DNA of 50,444 nt, taken from NCBI GenBank assembly GCA_026023565.1, contig JAPETS010000029.1, forward strand, positions 372,001-422,444, read 5' to 3'. Made by a program: the position numbers and the translations under genes. Below the pieces are notes generated by a model. The model worked only from the letters and a program-made list of their open reading frames with translations, searched no databases and was not told where the DNA came from. Source of the stretch: Cirrosporium novae-zelandiae. Taxonomy: Eukaryota. This document shows positions 34,804-45,080 of the stretch, in pieces (positions within the stretch are counted from its first letter, which is position 1; each line of letters starts with the position of its first letter).

Positions 34804-37800
34804 CTATTCCTCTTCGTCCTCGTCCTCGTCTTCATCCTCATCCATCCCATCCGCTGCCCTAATCTGGAAATGTGGATCCTGGTCTACGCCAACATAGCTG
34901 TCGCAAATAAGGAACACCGTCAGATCATGCTCGCCAGCTGTCGGCACGACATATTCCAGTTTGACCTCGAGGCTTCGCCCAAGGCTCACTCTCTTAATTG
35001 CCAATAGCGTCCGCTCCTTCTCATTTCCAACGACCACCCAGTAACTTTCCATTTTGTCACGAGGATAGAAAGGAGCATGTACATTTTGCTCAACTTCTTC
35101 ATCTTCGTCAATCTCTCGCTCAAGTTTAACCTTCAAATAGGCAGGAGCCCCTGCAGTGATATCGTCCTTGTCTTCAACTTCGTACTCGAGGTCAACGTTA
35201 GGATAATATTTGTTGGCAAAATTAGCCACCTGCGCAAGTTGCCTGTTGTTAAGACCGAGGCGTTTGACAAGAGCATTATAATCTTTATTTTCCTCAGGGT
35301 CCATAGCTTCTGTAAGCTCCATGACGTCTCTGATTTCGAACCCTTCGGCACCGCGAATGACGTCGTCGGTAAAGTAGGGGATCTGCTTTAATGGACTGTC
35401 ACGGTCCCACATGGCTTGAACTACCATCTGGGACATTTCCATTGCATTCATTGCATTTAAATGACCTTCAGATGACAGGACATCTACACAGGCACTGAGT
35501 AAATTGAGGACCTTACTTAGGATAATGTCTTGATCTTTGGAGAGATCGATCGGAAGTTGCATGCGTGAAAAATGCGCTTGTAGAAGAACAAATGCCTTGA
35601 AGTGTGGCGATTCAAATGATGGGTCTGACATTTTAACAGGTACTCTGTCGTAAATACGGCGTAATATCTGGTCTTCATGACGCCGAATTTGTATTGATTC
35701 AAATTCGGTTGCAGATGTGACAATTTCTAGGATACCCTTAAGCCTCGTTCGTGCGCTCAGGGATAATAAGAATGTCTGCATTGTGATAAAGGAGATGTTG
35801 TAGTATGCAGCTATCATGGCAGCATTCAGTGGCGTAATACTGTCATCATCTTCGTCAAGGTCGATAACTTTGGCTTCGACCAATTCTTTGAGAGTATTTT
35901 CAACCAACTCAGAAAGGTAAGTGCTCAGACCTTCATGGGAAGTATCTGTCAGACCATAGTAGCTCGGATTTGCCAACAGACGTCGGTAGAAGTATGTATA
36001 TGTTGTCCAGTCCACAGCATCCTGTGTAGAAGTGATCATCCTCGAGCTAATTTCCGTGACGAATGCATCATGGAGCCACATATGAAGGTGGCTCTCAATA
36101 GGCAATGCCTCACTAAGGAACTTTTTGTAATACTCTCGCTTTACTGCGGGAACCAGAAGTACGCCCCGACCAGATTTGTCTTCACCAGCTCGACCAGCAT
36201 TACCAAACATCTGTAGTATCTCGCTAATCGGATAATCAATATACCGGTGTTCCCGACCTTCGAAGAACTGGGTGCCCATTACGACAACTAGATGAGTACT
36301 GATATCAAGCTCCCAGCAGACATCCCGAGAAGCAAGCATAACTTGTATTGCCCCGATCTTAAAGAGATGAGTGACAATCTTCTTGTCGTTGGCATTTAGA
36401 GCTTCATGGTAATAACCGATGCCATGGGATATTGAGTCGGCAAGAGCACGTTCATTAACCCGGCTTAACAATGGGGCTAGCTCTTCGACGGTCGTGTTCA
36501 AGAAACGATCCTCATCATCATCTGCGATACAAGCCGTAAGTAGATCAATAGCCGTAGACCTAGCTTGCTTTCGGGTAGGAACAAACACGAGGGCAGGCTT
36601 GTCCGGAGATAATTGCAATATTGACGTATATGTCGGTTTCGCCATAGCTATCATTAAAGATGGGAAATGGGGGATCGTAAATGACTGGACATGCAATTCA
36701 AGTGGAATGGGTCGGACGTGGGGACTGAAATTGTAAATATCATGCTTCTTGGCACCAAGCCATTGTCCAATGTCACGAGCATTTGAAAGCGAAACACTAA
36801 GACCGATCGTTCTCAGTCCATTCTCGGTTTGAAGGGCAATATAGTTCATACGAGACACGACGATCTCATATGTATACCCATTGAGACCACCCAGCATATG
36901 TAGCTCATCGGCAATGAATAGTTTTACTGTCTGAATAGTTTTCCTTCGTTGCCATTGTCGAGATAGAACATCCCATTGGGAAGGCGTCGCCAGAACTAGA
37001 TCGGCTTGCTCAAGGCGCCTTAGATCCGCAGATGTCTCCCCAGTCAACTTGGTAATCTGTTTGCCGCCACCAATGGGGCTCAATCGCTTTGCCCAATCCT
37101 CGTAACGATTATCGACCAGTTCTTGGAAAGGGGCTATATAAACAGCTCTACCAGGGTCTTCTTTTGACCAGTGTCTTAACAATGCAAACTCAGCACAAGC
37201 AGTTTTTCCGCTGCTCGGAGGAGCTCCAATAAAAACATTATCATCCGTGGTGAAGAGTGAGGTGAATGCTTGAGTCTGGATTTTATTGAAGTTCGTTACA
37301 TCGGGATATATGGCCTCGTACTCCTCATTCTTCAAAGCAGAGACAGGAAGAGGTTGAAGGTCGAGAATGGGCGTATGTGGAGGAAATTTTTCAGGTAAGA
37401 CTAGTTTCTGGAATGATACTGGTACTTTTGTCTCTGATTGCATCCATCGATCGGAAACAAGAGAGATGAAGTAATTAGGAGGCATTGGATCAGTGATTGG
37501 AACTGTAAATTCAACCAGGTGTTCGTTCATCTCCGACTGAGCATATTCCTTGCGAAGAACGAATTGATCATGAAATAAAATATCTTCGCCGTCACAGTCC
37601 TCGACAATAATCCAGAAAATTTCCGCGCCCGCATGCAGACTATCATCCCATTCAAAGTTTGGCGTAATAGTAAGCTCAACTCTAAGCATAGATCTTGTCA
37701 TCGGTTGTACTTGTGCCTGGATCTCTAAACGGGGGAATCTCTGGACCAAGTTACAGATTGTCTTCCCAGCCTTAGGTAAACCTATCAGCTCTCCCATCCT

Positions 37801-40800
37801 GGGAGGGTCTAGGTCAAAGTAACTCAACCAAGGGACATCAATGCGTTCAGCCTTTTGGACAATGTCTCGAGGGCATGTTGGGAATTGCCTTAACGGAGTC
37901 ATGGTAGGCCACATTCTCTTTTCCGCCATTTTGCATAGTTCCAGAGCGGTCTTTGCAACTGAAGCCCAGCCCTTCTTAAGAGAAATCTCAAAAATTGCTC
38001 GAAGAATACGACCAGCAGATTGCGTTACATAGACAAGATCGGCCATCAAAGCTAGGCCTTCTAATTTAAGTCGAGAGATATAGGCTTGCAAAAGAACATT
38101 GATCTTTGCATGAGGCTCTTCAATACTTTCTTTGACCGGAATAGGTACTCGACCAAGAAGCTTCGCTAGTTCAAGTTTCTCATCCTGGCGCACAGGAATG
38201 TATTTAAACTCATCACTGAGGGAGAATATCCGAAATAGTTCAATAGGCGTTATCATGGGCTGAATATGCATATTATAAGTCAACATCGAATGGTGAGTGA
38301 TATAATAATGCGAGGCGATTCGGCCCAGTTCTGTGGACTGCAGCTTGCCAGAACGTTTTTCATACTTGATCAGGTTTGATTTTTCAAGCACAGCTGCGGC
38401 GGAGTGAATAAGATCAACTCGCTTTTGTTCAAGGATCTCATCGTCTTCATACTCAGCGCCAACACTATAAAGTCCTGGCGAACGTAGCATTCTGACAAAC
38501 AGATAGGTGTATCCAAGCCATTCAACTCCTTCATCTCTACTACGAACATTGCCAAGTACTACCTCTGCATTAAGATTATCAACCAACTTACTCATAAGTT
38601 GACTTTCAATCGGGAGCTGCTGGTTCATTAAAGAAAGATAATATTGGATCTCGCTTTGAGTTGTGATGATGATGCCTTCGCCAAAGGTATCATACTGTGG
38701 CCGACCTGCACGGCCGAGCATTTGAAGGACATCTTGAGGACTTAGTTCAACCCAGCTACCTTTTTCTGGGGAGTATATCTGGGTTCCTTTGATAATAACG
38801 GTATGTGCAGGCAAGTTGACACCCCATGCCAATGTTGCAGTACAGACGAGCACTTGAATCATACCTTGAGCAAAAAGATCCTCCACAGATGTTCGATCTG
38901 CACGAGACATGCCCGCATGATGGATTCCGAAACCATAAGGTAAAAGGTCCTTCAGATCCCTGTCAATAACGCTCTCTGATTCTTCATTTAGAATCTCCCT
39001 AGTTGCAGCATCACTTTTTAGAATTTGGCCGATCGTCTCTAGTTCTAGAGCTTTGTCTCGTATGTATTTTGCCGTTTTTGCGGTCTCCTTGCGGGAATGG
39101 ACGAATATAAGCATTTGGTTCCTACTGGTTCCAACTTGTTCTAAAACCTTTGAATAGCAAACATCGTTCATGGTCTTCAATTGTTTAATGGCCTTTTTGT
39201 CCGTAACTCCAATAAACTCTTGTCTTAGTGGACAAGGTCTGTATGAGCCATCGAAATGAAACATACCCTTTAGGGGGTCCACGCGCAAAAAGCTCGCAAC
39301 ATCGCGGTAATTTGGCAGAGTTGCACTGAGGCCAATCAATCTGATAGGATCACCAGTTTGTTCAACTTTGCGTATTGTTCTACTAACAATACTTTCGAGC
39401 ACAGGTCCACGGTCATCGTGAAGAAGATGGATCTCATCAATGATAATAAGACGAACTAGATTGGTGTAACTGAGGTCTGTGGCTTTTCTGGTAATGACAT
39501 CCCACTTTTCAGGCGTTGTTACAATAATCTGTGTATCTGCAATTTGCTGTTTTGTGAGTTGGCGATCTCCAGTTAGTTCGGAGACCCTGATGCCATAAGG
39601 TTCTAACCGTTTACCAAAATTGCCAACTTGTTCTTGCACTAGGGCCTTCAAAGGAGCAATATAAATAATTTTGAAGTCGTCGAGCATAATCTCTCCCGTT
39701 TCTGGGCTTCGATTCTTGCCTATTTCTCTCAGCATGGTAAGCATAGCCACATTGGTCTTTCCAGATCCAGTGGGCGCGCATACGAGCATGTTACCATCAT
39801 CATTGAACGCTGTAGGGAAACACCTTGTCTGGATCCGATTGAGTTCTTTCGCGGACCCGAAGCCTTCCCGAGCCCAGTCAGGAAGTTCAGAAACTGGCAT
39901 ATTGCGTTCACCAGCATCTTTATGGGGTTTTGGGGGAGGAACATGGATTTCTTCATAACCCTTGAACGTGCGCTTAGTTGAGCCTTGAGGAAGTTTCACG
40001 TTTGGGTTGGTCATAAGGTGGTTGCCTTGATCAAAAACCAGATTTTCCAAATTAATGAGCTTTCGAGGTTGGAGACCCCCTACGACTTCGGTTTTCTTCT
40101 CCCCGGGGTCCTTTGTTGCATCAGAACCTGGTACATCAATGTCCATCAAGTCGATTTTCAGTTTCTTACTCCGTGGTTCCGTAGAATCTGCTACGTCTCG
40201 ACTCTGTAGCTCATCTAGGATAGCACGATGGCCTGCTTGGATCATCTCTTGTTCAACGCGTACTCTGCCTTGGGCATCCTCGGCAGCACGGCGCCACCGC
40301 GTGACCCATACGATTTTATCGCGGTTCGTGATTAGTTTAGAAACTACCTCAGGATGGTCATACTCGAAGAGGTCCATTAAATCATTTTCAATCTCTCGTA
40401 GCGGCTTCTCTTCTCCTTCATCATCAAGACCGGAGAGTATTTGTAAGGCGTTTTGAGTTTTTGTCTGCTGGTCATGAGGATCTGGGTAAACATGACCAAC
40501 TTGTCTCTGTAGCCAGAACGCATCGATCTCGTGAGCTGGTACACAATCTTTCTTTGATTTGCCTTCCGCCTCATCATCTCCGTCCATCATTTCATCATTA
40601 TCAAGGCCATCCTCGGATAAAACAACTTGTTCTGCGGCCTCCTCCCTCTCCTCACTTTCTTCCTCCTCTGACGAGCTATCCTCATCTCGAACTTCACGGT
40701 TGAATGCTACACCATCCTCGTCTTGATCCTCATCGGATTCGTCGAAGACAACAGCTACACCATGTTTTTCGTCCATATCTTCCTCTTCTGCGCCACTAGC

Positions 40801-41418
40801 GTCTTCCATATTCTCATCTTCATCCTGATCATAGTCTGTGATCTTCTTCCCGAGATTCATCAAGTCATTAAACTCTTTTGAATTCAAAGTTGTCACCAGG
40901 GTATCGTCGATTTCCTTCTTCTTATCAAGATCTTTTCGATCTTCGTTCTTGAGGATCTCTAAGACCACATCTGCAGCACTTAAAACGACATGATGAGGAA
41001 CATCACCAAGCTTTTCAGCAGTCATCGTAAGGATTAGATCGAATGTAGCTCGCGTCGCGGGAGTTTTGGGACGGTATTGGATTCCCTCGATAGTAGTGTC
41101 AACTGTAGACAGTATGCCACCGGCGCGCACTCCTGTTTCTCCCCTCTTCCGTTTTTTCTGTTCTCTTCGTAATATGTCCTCGCCTTCTCGTATTTGTCCG
41201 CGCTCAATATTTTTTGGACCAGTTGGTTTCTTCTTCTGTTCAAGTCTTTCTTGGGCAGCTCTTGAGCCCATATCTCGGATGTTGATCCTCCCAGCCAGTG
41301 ATTCTGGGTCTCCGGTAACTTCATCGTTTCGTCGAGTGATGAATCGTCTGTCCGCCTGGAGAACCAGGTTGGACATCGCCGAGTATTTATATTGAGCAAC
41401 ATTGTTAGGATCCGCCAT
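34804..41418 (-). CDS. BRR2: U5 snRNP 200-kDa Ski2-like RNA helicase Brr2, 2204 aa, single exon
   Basis: N-terminal QYKYSAMSNLVLQADR and PWI-like IDAFWLQR. Cassette 1 has APTGSGKT, DEIH, SAT and QMLGRAGR; degenerate cassette 2 has APPSSGKT, DELH and SVS. Two Sec63 units, ending in DSYVGVDQ. Confidence 0.99.
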   Translation of the reverse strand: MADPNNVAQYKYSAMSNLVLQADRRFITRRNDEVTGDPESLAGRINIRDMGSRAAQERLEQKKKPTGPKNIERGQIREGEDILRREQKKRKRGETGVRAGGILSTVDTTIEGIQYRPKTPATRATFDLILTMTAEKLGDVPHHVVLSAADVVLEILKNEDRKDLDKKKEIDDTLVTTLNSKEFNDLMNLGKKITDYDQDEDENMEDASGAEEEDMDEKHGVAVVFDESDEDQDEDGVAFNREVRDEDSSSEEEESEEREEAAEQVVLSEDGLDNDEMMDGDDEAEGKSKKDCVPAHEIDAFWLQRQVGHVYPDPHDQQTKTQNALQILSGLDDEGEEKPLREIENDLMDLFEYDHPEVVSKLITNRDKIVWVTRWRRAAEDAQGRVRVEQEMIQAGHRAILDELQSRDVADSTEPRSKKLKIDLMDIDVPGSDATKDPGEKKTEVVGGLQPRKLINLENLVFDQGNHLMTNPNVKLPQGSTKRTFKGYEEIHVPPPKPHKDAGERNMPVSELPDWAREGFGSAKELNRIQTRCFPTAFNDDGNMLVCAPTGSGKTNVAMLTMLREIGKNRSPETGEIMLDDFKIIYIAPLKALVQEQVGNFGKRLEPYGIRVSELTGDRQLTKQQIADTQIIVTTPEKWDVITRKATDLSYTNLVRLIIIDEIHLLHDDRGPVLESIVSRTIRKVEQTGDPIRLIGLSATLPNYRDVASFLRVDPLKGMFHFDGSYRPCPLRQEFIGVTDKKAIKQLKTMNDVCYSKVLEQVGTSRNQMLIFVHSRKETAKTAKYIRDKALELETIGQILKSDAATREILNEESESVIDRDLKDLLPYGFGIHHAGMSRADRTSVEDLFAQGMIQVLVCTATLAWGVNLPAHTVIIKGTQIYSPEKGSWVELSPQDVLQMLGRAGRPQYDTFGEGIIITTQSEIQYYLSLMNQQLPIESQLMSKLVDNLNAEVVLGNVRSRDEGVEWLGYTYLFVRMLRSPGLYSVGAEYEDDEILEQKRVDLIHSAAAVLEKSNLIKYEKRSGKLQSTELGRIASHYYITHHSMLTYNMHIQPMITPIELFRIFSLSDEFKYIPVRQDEKLELAKLLGRVPIPVKESIEEPHAKINVLLQAYISRLKLEGLALMADLVYVTQSAGRILRAIFEISLKKGWASVAKTALELCKMAEKRMWPTMTPLRQFPTCPRDIVQKAERIDVPWLSYFDLDPPRMGELIGLPKAGKTICNLVQRFPRLEIQAQVQPMTRSMLRVELTITPNFEWDDSLHAGAEIFWIIVEDCDGEDILFHDQFVLRKEYAQSEMNEHLVEFTVPITDPMPPNYFISLVSDRWMQSETKVPVSFQKLVLPEKFPPHTPILDLQPLPVSALKNEEYEAIYPDVTNFNKIQTQAFTSLFTTDDNVFIGAPPSSGKTACAEFALLRHWSKEDPGRAVYIAPFQELVDNRYEDWAKRLSPIGGGKQITKLTGETSADLRRLEQADLVLATPSQWDVLSRQWQRRKTIQTVKLFIADELHMLGGLNGYTYEIVVSRMNYIALQTENGLRTIGLSVSLSNARDIGQWLGAKKHDIYNFSPHVRPIPLELHVQSFTIPHFPSLMIAMAKPTYTSILQLSPDKPALVFVPTRKQARSTAIDLLTACIADDDEDRFLNTTVEELAPLLSRVNERALADSISHGIGYYHEALNANDKKIVTHLFKIGAIQVMLASRDVCWELDISTHLVVVMGTQFFEGREHRYIDYPISEILQMFGNAGRAGEDKSGRGVLLVPAVKREYYKKFLSEALPIESHLHMWLHDAFVTEISSRMITSTQDAVDWTTYTYFYRRLLANPSYYGLTDTSHEGLSTYLSELVENTLKELVEAKVIDLDEDDDSITPLNAAMIAAYYNISFITMQTFLLSLSARTRLKGILEIVTSATEFESIQIRRHEDQILRRIYDRVPVKMSDPSFESPHFKAFVLLQAHFSRMQLPIDLSKDQDIILSKVLNLLSACVDVLSSEGHLNAMNAMEMSQMVVQAMWDRDSPLKQIPYFTDDVIRGAEGFEIRDVMELTEAMDPEENKDYNALVKRLGLNNRQLAQVANFANKYYPNVDLEYEVEDKDDITAGAPAYLKVKLEREIDEDEEVEQNVHAPFYPRDKMESYWVVVGNEKERTLLAIKRVSLGRSLEVKLEYVVPTAGEHDLTVFLICDSYVGVDQDPHFQIRAADGMDEDEDEDEDEEE

Positions 41419-41846
41419 TTTGTGGGTATCTCAAGAAGAAGGGTGAGAAAAGAAGGACAAGGCGAAAACCATAGCGTTATGGAACCGCAATGCCAAAACA
41501 TCCAAAGCGAAAGCTCAGAAGCTACCTTGTACGCACGGGCCCATTACCTTAATTTTTACAGACGCGTTAGGCGCGCGTCGTTTCATCAAAAGCCTTTGAG
41601 GACCTCCCTTATTCTCAGTTTCTTAGATCTTTGTCTTCAGCTACATTTGACGAGGCAGAATTTATCTCTCTCGACATGATCATTAGCTACTAGGAGCAAT
41701 GGTAATCATATATTATGGCAATACCAGGACTTATGAACCCAATTACTTAACTTTTAAGTAGTGATATTCCAAGCTGATGCCTCGCTTATCTATGGATTCC
41801 ATGAGTTCATTCTATTTAAATTTATCATCATCCAGCTAATATCATT

Positions 41847-44800
41847 ATGTCATTGATTCTTCTTCCTCCAAGGTCCATTGTTCGGAGGACGTTGACCTCA
41901 CTTGGAAAAGCCGGTGGCATACGCCCCTACTATCTACTAGGTGAACCTCGGACGTCAACCTTTCGCAACACAAGATATCATGACAATTCCTTCACTCCCA
42001 AGATTTTTCAGAGAGGTGCAAAGTCGAAGTCGAGTGTCATGCTTCAAGACCTCCCCCAGGGCAGGGTTGGCCCTAAATTGGAAGAAATGGTGGTAGAAGA
42101 TGAGAAAATATCTCCAGCCTACCCTACCGTGGTACAGCAAGCGAAAGATAATATGGTCAAATTTGATAACTGTGTCTTGTTAACTAGAGTGGGGGGCTTT
42201 TACGAAGTCTGTTCAGCCACTTACGTTTATACAATTAGTACTAATACCATAGCAGCTATATTTTGAACATGCGAGCATATATGGTCCTCTTATGAATTTG
42301 AAAGTATCGTACAAGAAGACAAACGCTGGACCAGTGCCTATGGTATGTTCTATGTCTGTCTCATGATGACCCAATATGAGATTAACTACTTTAGGCTGGC
42401 TTTCCTTTCTTTCAATTAGATCGATTCCTAAAAATCCTCGTTCAAGAGCTAAACAAATATGTTGCGATTAGTGAAGAATTTCCCAATAACCTCTCGGGGC
42501 AAGTAAAATCAGGAGGGCTTCTTTTTGACCGAAGAGTGACCAGAGTTGTGACCCCTGGTACTTTAATTGATGAAAGATTCCTAGACACGTCCGAAAACAA
42601 TTTTTTACTTGCTATACATCTAGAGGGAACTCCGGATGTGTCTAGTAACCACCAAAGGGAAATTCAGAGAATAGAAGAAGAAATGACTTCCGAAATTACC
42701 AAGCCTCAAAATGTCGGTTTAGCGTGGCTAGATTTATCTACAGGTGACTTTTTTACTCAGTCAATTACCCAAGCAGCTCTACCTTCAGCCATCTCTCGTA
42801 TTGCAGCAAGAGAGGTAATCCTGGATGAAAGCTTACGGTCTACTTATGAGGAGGGTATATTAAAGATACTTCAACAAACGCATCAAGTAGTGACATTCCA
42901 AAAGCCATCTGATAAGTTCTCATGTATATCAGATTGGGATCCAATGTTAGACTCAGCAGGCATATCCCCTACCCAATCAGAATTCTTCGATGAAGAAGTA
43001 GCTGCTGGAAATGCTCTGTTACGATACGTCAAAGCCCGGCTACAAGGTCTCCAAATGAAACTTCAACATCCTATACGAACGCAAGTCACAGAAATAATGG
43101 GCATTGATCGTAGTAGTATGAAGGGCCTAGAGATACTTGAGACATCTAAAGATGGCTTTGGACGAGGGAGTCTTCTTCATTCTGTGCGCAGGACTGTGAC
43201 AAAAAGCGGCGCAAGACTGCTGAGGAACCGTTTGACGGCTCCTTCTACATCTCTTGAAACGGTCAACGAACGCTTGGATCTAGTCTCTCTATTTCTGGAT
43301 AACCAGGATCTACATGGCGACGTTCTTGCTCTACTAGGCCAAAGTTATGATTCACAACGATTAGTGCAAAAATTCACCCTAGGGAAAGGCGACGCCGATG
43401 ATCTAATCAGTTTATTGCGAACAATTGAAGCCACCAGGCATATTTCGGAAACTCTCCAGGCGTTCTCTAGTGGACCATCGTCTATTGAGCAGTCGCTGTC
43501 ATCGATCCTTTCCCGACTCAGTACCGAAGGCCCTGGGTTACTCGCAGAGAATATTGCTGCCGCCATTGATGAGGAGGGTCTTCAACAACAGCATCAAATT
43601 GAACAGGGAGAGGCTGCTGCACTGGCTGAACTGGCAAAAGATGTAGTGGATAACGAAAATGCACCTGAGCATCTCAAAGCAATTCCAAAAAAAAGCAACA
43701 AGGATAGTATAAGGAGTGTTTTAAGGGACCGAGAACAAGAAGAAAGCGATGATACCTGGATTATGCGGGAAAGGTGAGTTTTATCAAAGTGTCAAGTGCA
43801 CGACGCCTTCCAAACTGATATATCAAACGATCTAGTGCTAGTCCAGCTCTACTCGAGTCTCACGAGATGCTACGAACGTTGCGACAAGAAAAGCTTGAGC
43901 TCGTTGAGACCTTGCGGGGGCGACTTGCTGCATCTAGCCTAACGCTTCGCTGGACCCCTAGTTTAGGTTATATTTGCCATGTGAAGGGACGTAGAGATTC
44001 TCAACTAGCACTACAAGATCTTCCTGGCGCCAAAGTTCTTGGCTCGAGTAAATCCACAAAGTCCTTTTACGTCCCCGATTGGAGTGACCTTGGCAGCAAG
44101 ATTGATCAGGTAAAACTACAGATCCGCAAACAAGAGCAGATCCTGTTTGAAGAATTGAGAGCGCAGGTTATTACAAATTTAGTCAAACTCCGCCGCAATG
44201 CTGCAGTTCTAGATGAACTTGACGTTGCCTGTTCCTTTGCAACCCTCGCTCGAGAACAAAACTTTGTCCGACCATCACTTAATCTTGGCACCGCTCATAA
44301 AATCATCCAGGGACGTCATCCAGTAGTCAAGCAGGGCCTAGAAGAACAGGGCAAGTCATTTGTTAGCAATGATTGCTTTGTTGGAGATGGAGATCGCATT
44401 TGGCTCATCACAGGACCAAATATGGCGGGTAAAAGTACTTTCCTAAGGCAGAATGCACTTATATCCATTCTCGCTCAGGTTGGCTCCTTTGTTCCGGCTG
44501 AACTTGCTGAAATTGGTATCGTGGACCACATATTTAGTAGAATTGGTGCAGCAGATGATCTATTTCGAGACCAATCTACATTCATGGTTGAAATGCTAGA
44601 AACTGCGGCGATCCTTAAGCAAGCAACACCAAGGTCTTTTGTGATCATGGATGAAGTCGGTCGTGGAACCACTCCTGAGGATGGCATTGCTGTTGGATAT
44701 GCCTGTTTGCACCATCTTTACAAGACCAACCGATGTCGGACCCTTTTTGCGACCCATTTCCACGCCTTAACAGACATGACACAAGGCTTCGATAAAATTG

Positions 44801-45080
44801 GCTGTTACTGTACTGACGTTATAGAAGATGTATCTGGGGCATTCTCGTTTGACCGAAGAATGCGAAAGGGTATCAATCGTCATTCACATGCCCTCAAAGT
44901 TGCTGCGCTTGCTGGTAAGTTGATCCTAATTTGTGTTCGTGTTTCCATGAATCTCACGGGAAGATAGGTTTACCACAAAGCGCTATTGGGATAGCGGAAG
45001 AGGTTCTAGCTGAGTTTCGAATAACCCATCAAAAGGCCATTGTCTCTTCAGGCCCAAACACTATATCAGGGACCGGGTGA
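41847..45080 (+). CDS. MSH1: Mitochondrial MutS homolog Msh1, ~1005 aa; exons 41847-42206, 42256-42342, 42395-43773, 43836-44914, 44968-45080
   Basis: Four GT-AG introns give one frame. Basic presequence-like N-terminus; domain I LLTRVGGFYE|LYFE and PM|AGFP; R.VTRVVTPGTLIDE; Walker A ITGPNMAGKST; STFMVEM; DEVGRGT; FATHFH; C-terminal SHALKVAALAGLP. Confidence 0.95.

Noticed and set aside
35077..41679. Numerous 60-155 aa ORFs antisense or out of frame within BRR2
   Set aside because: Expected shadow ORFs of a long coding sequence.
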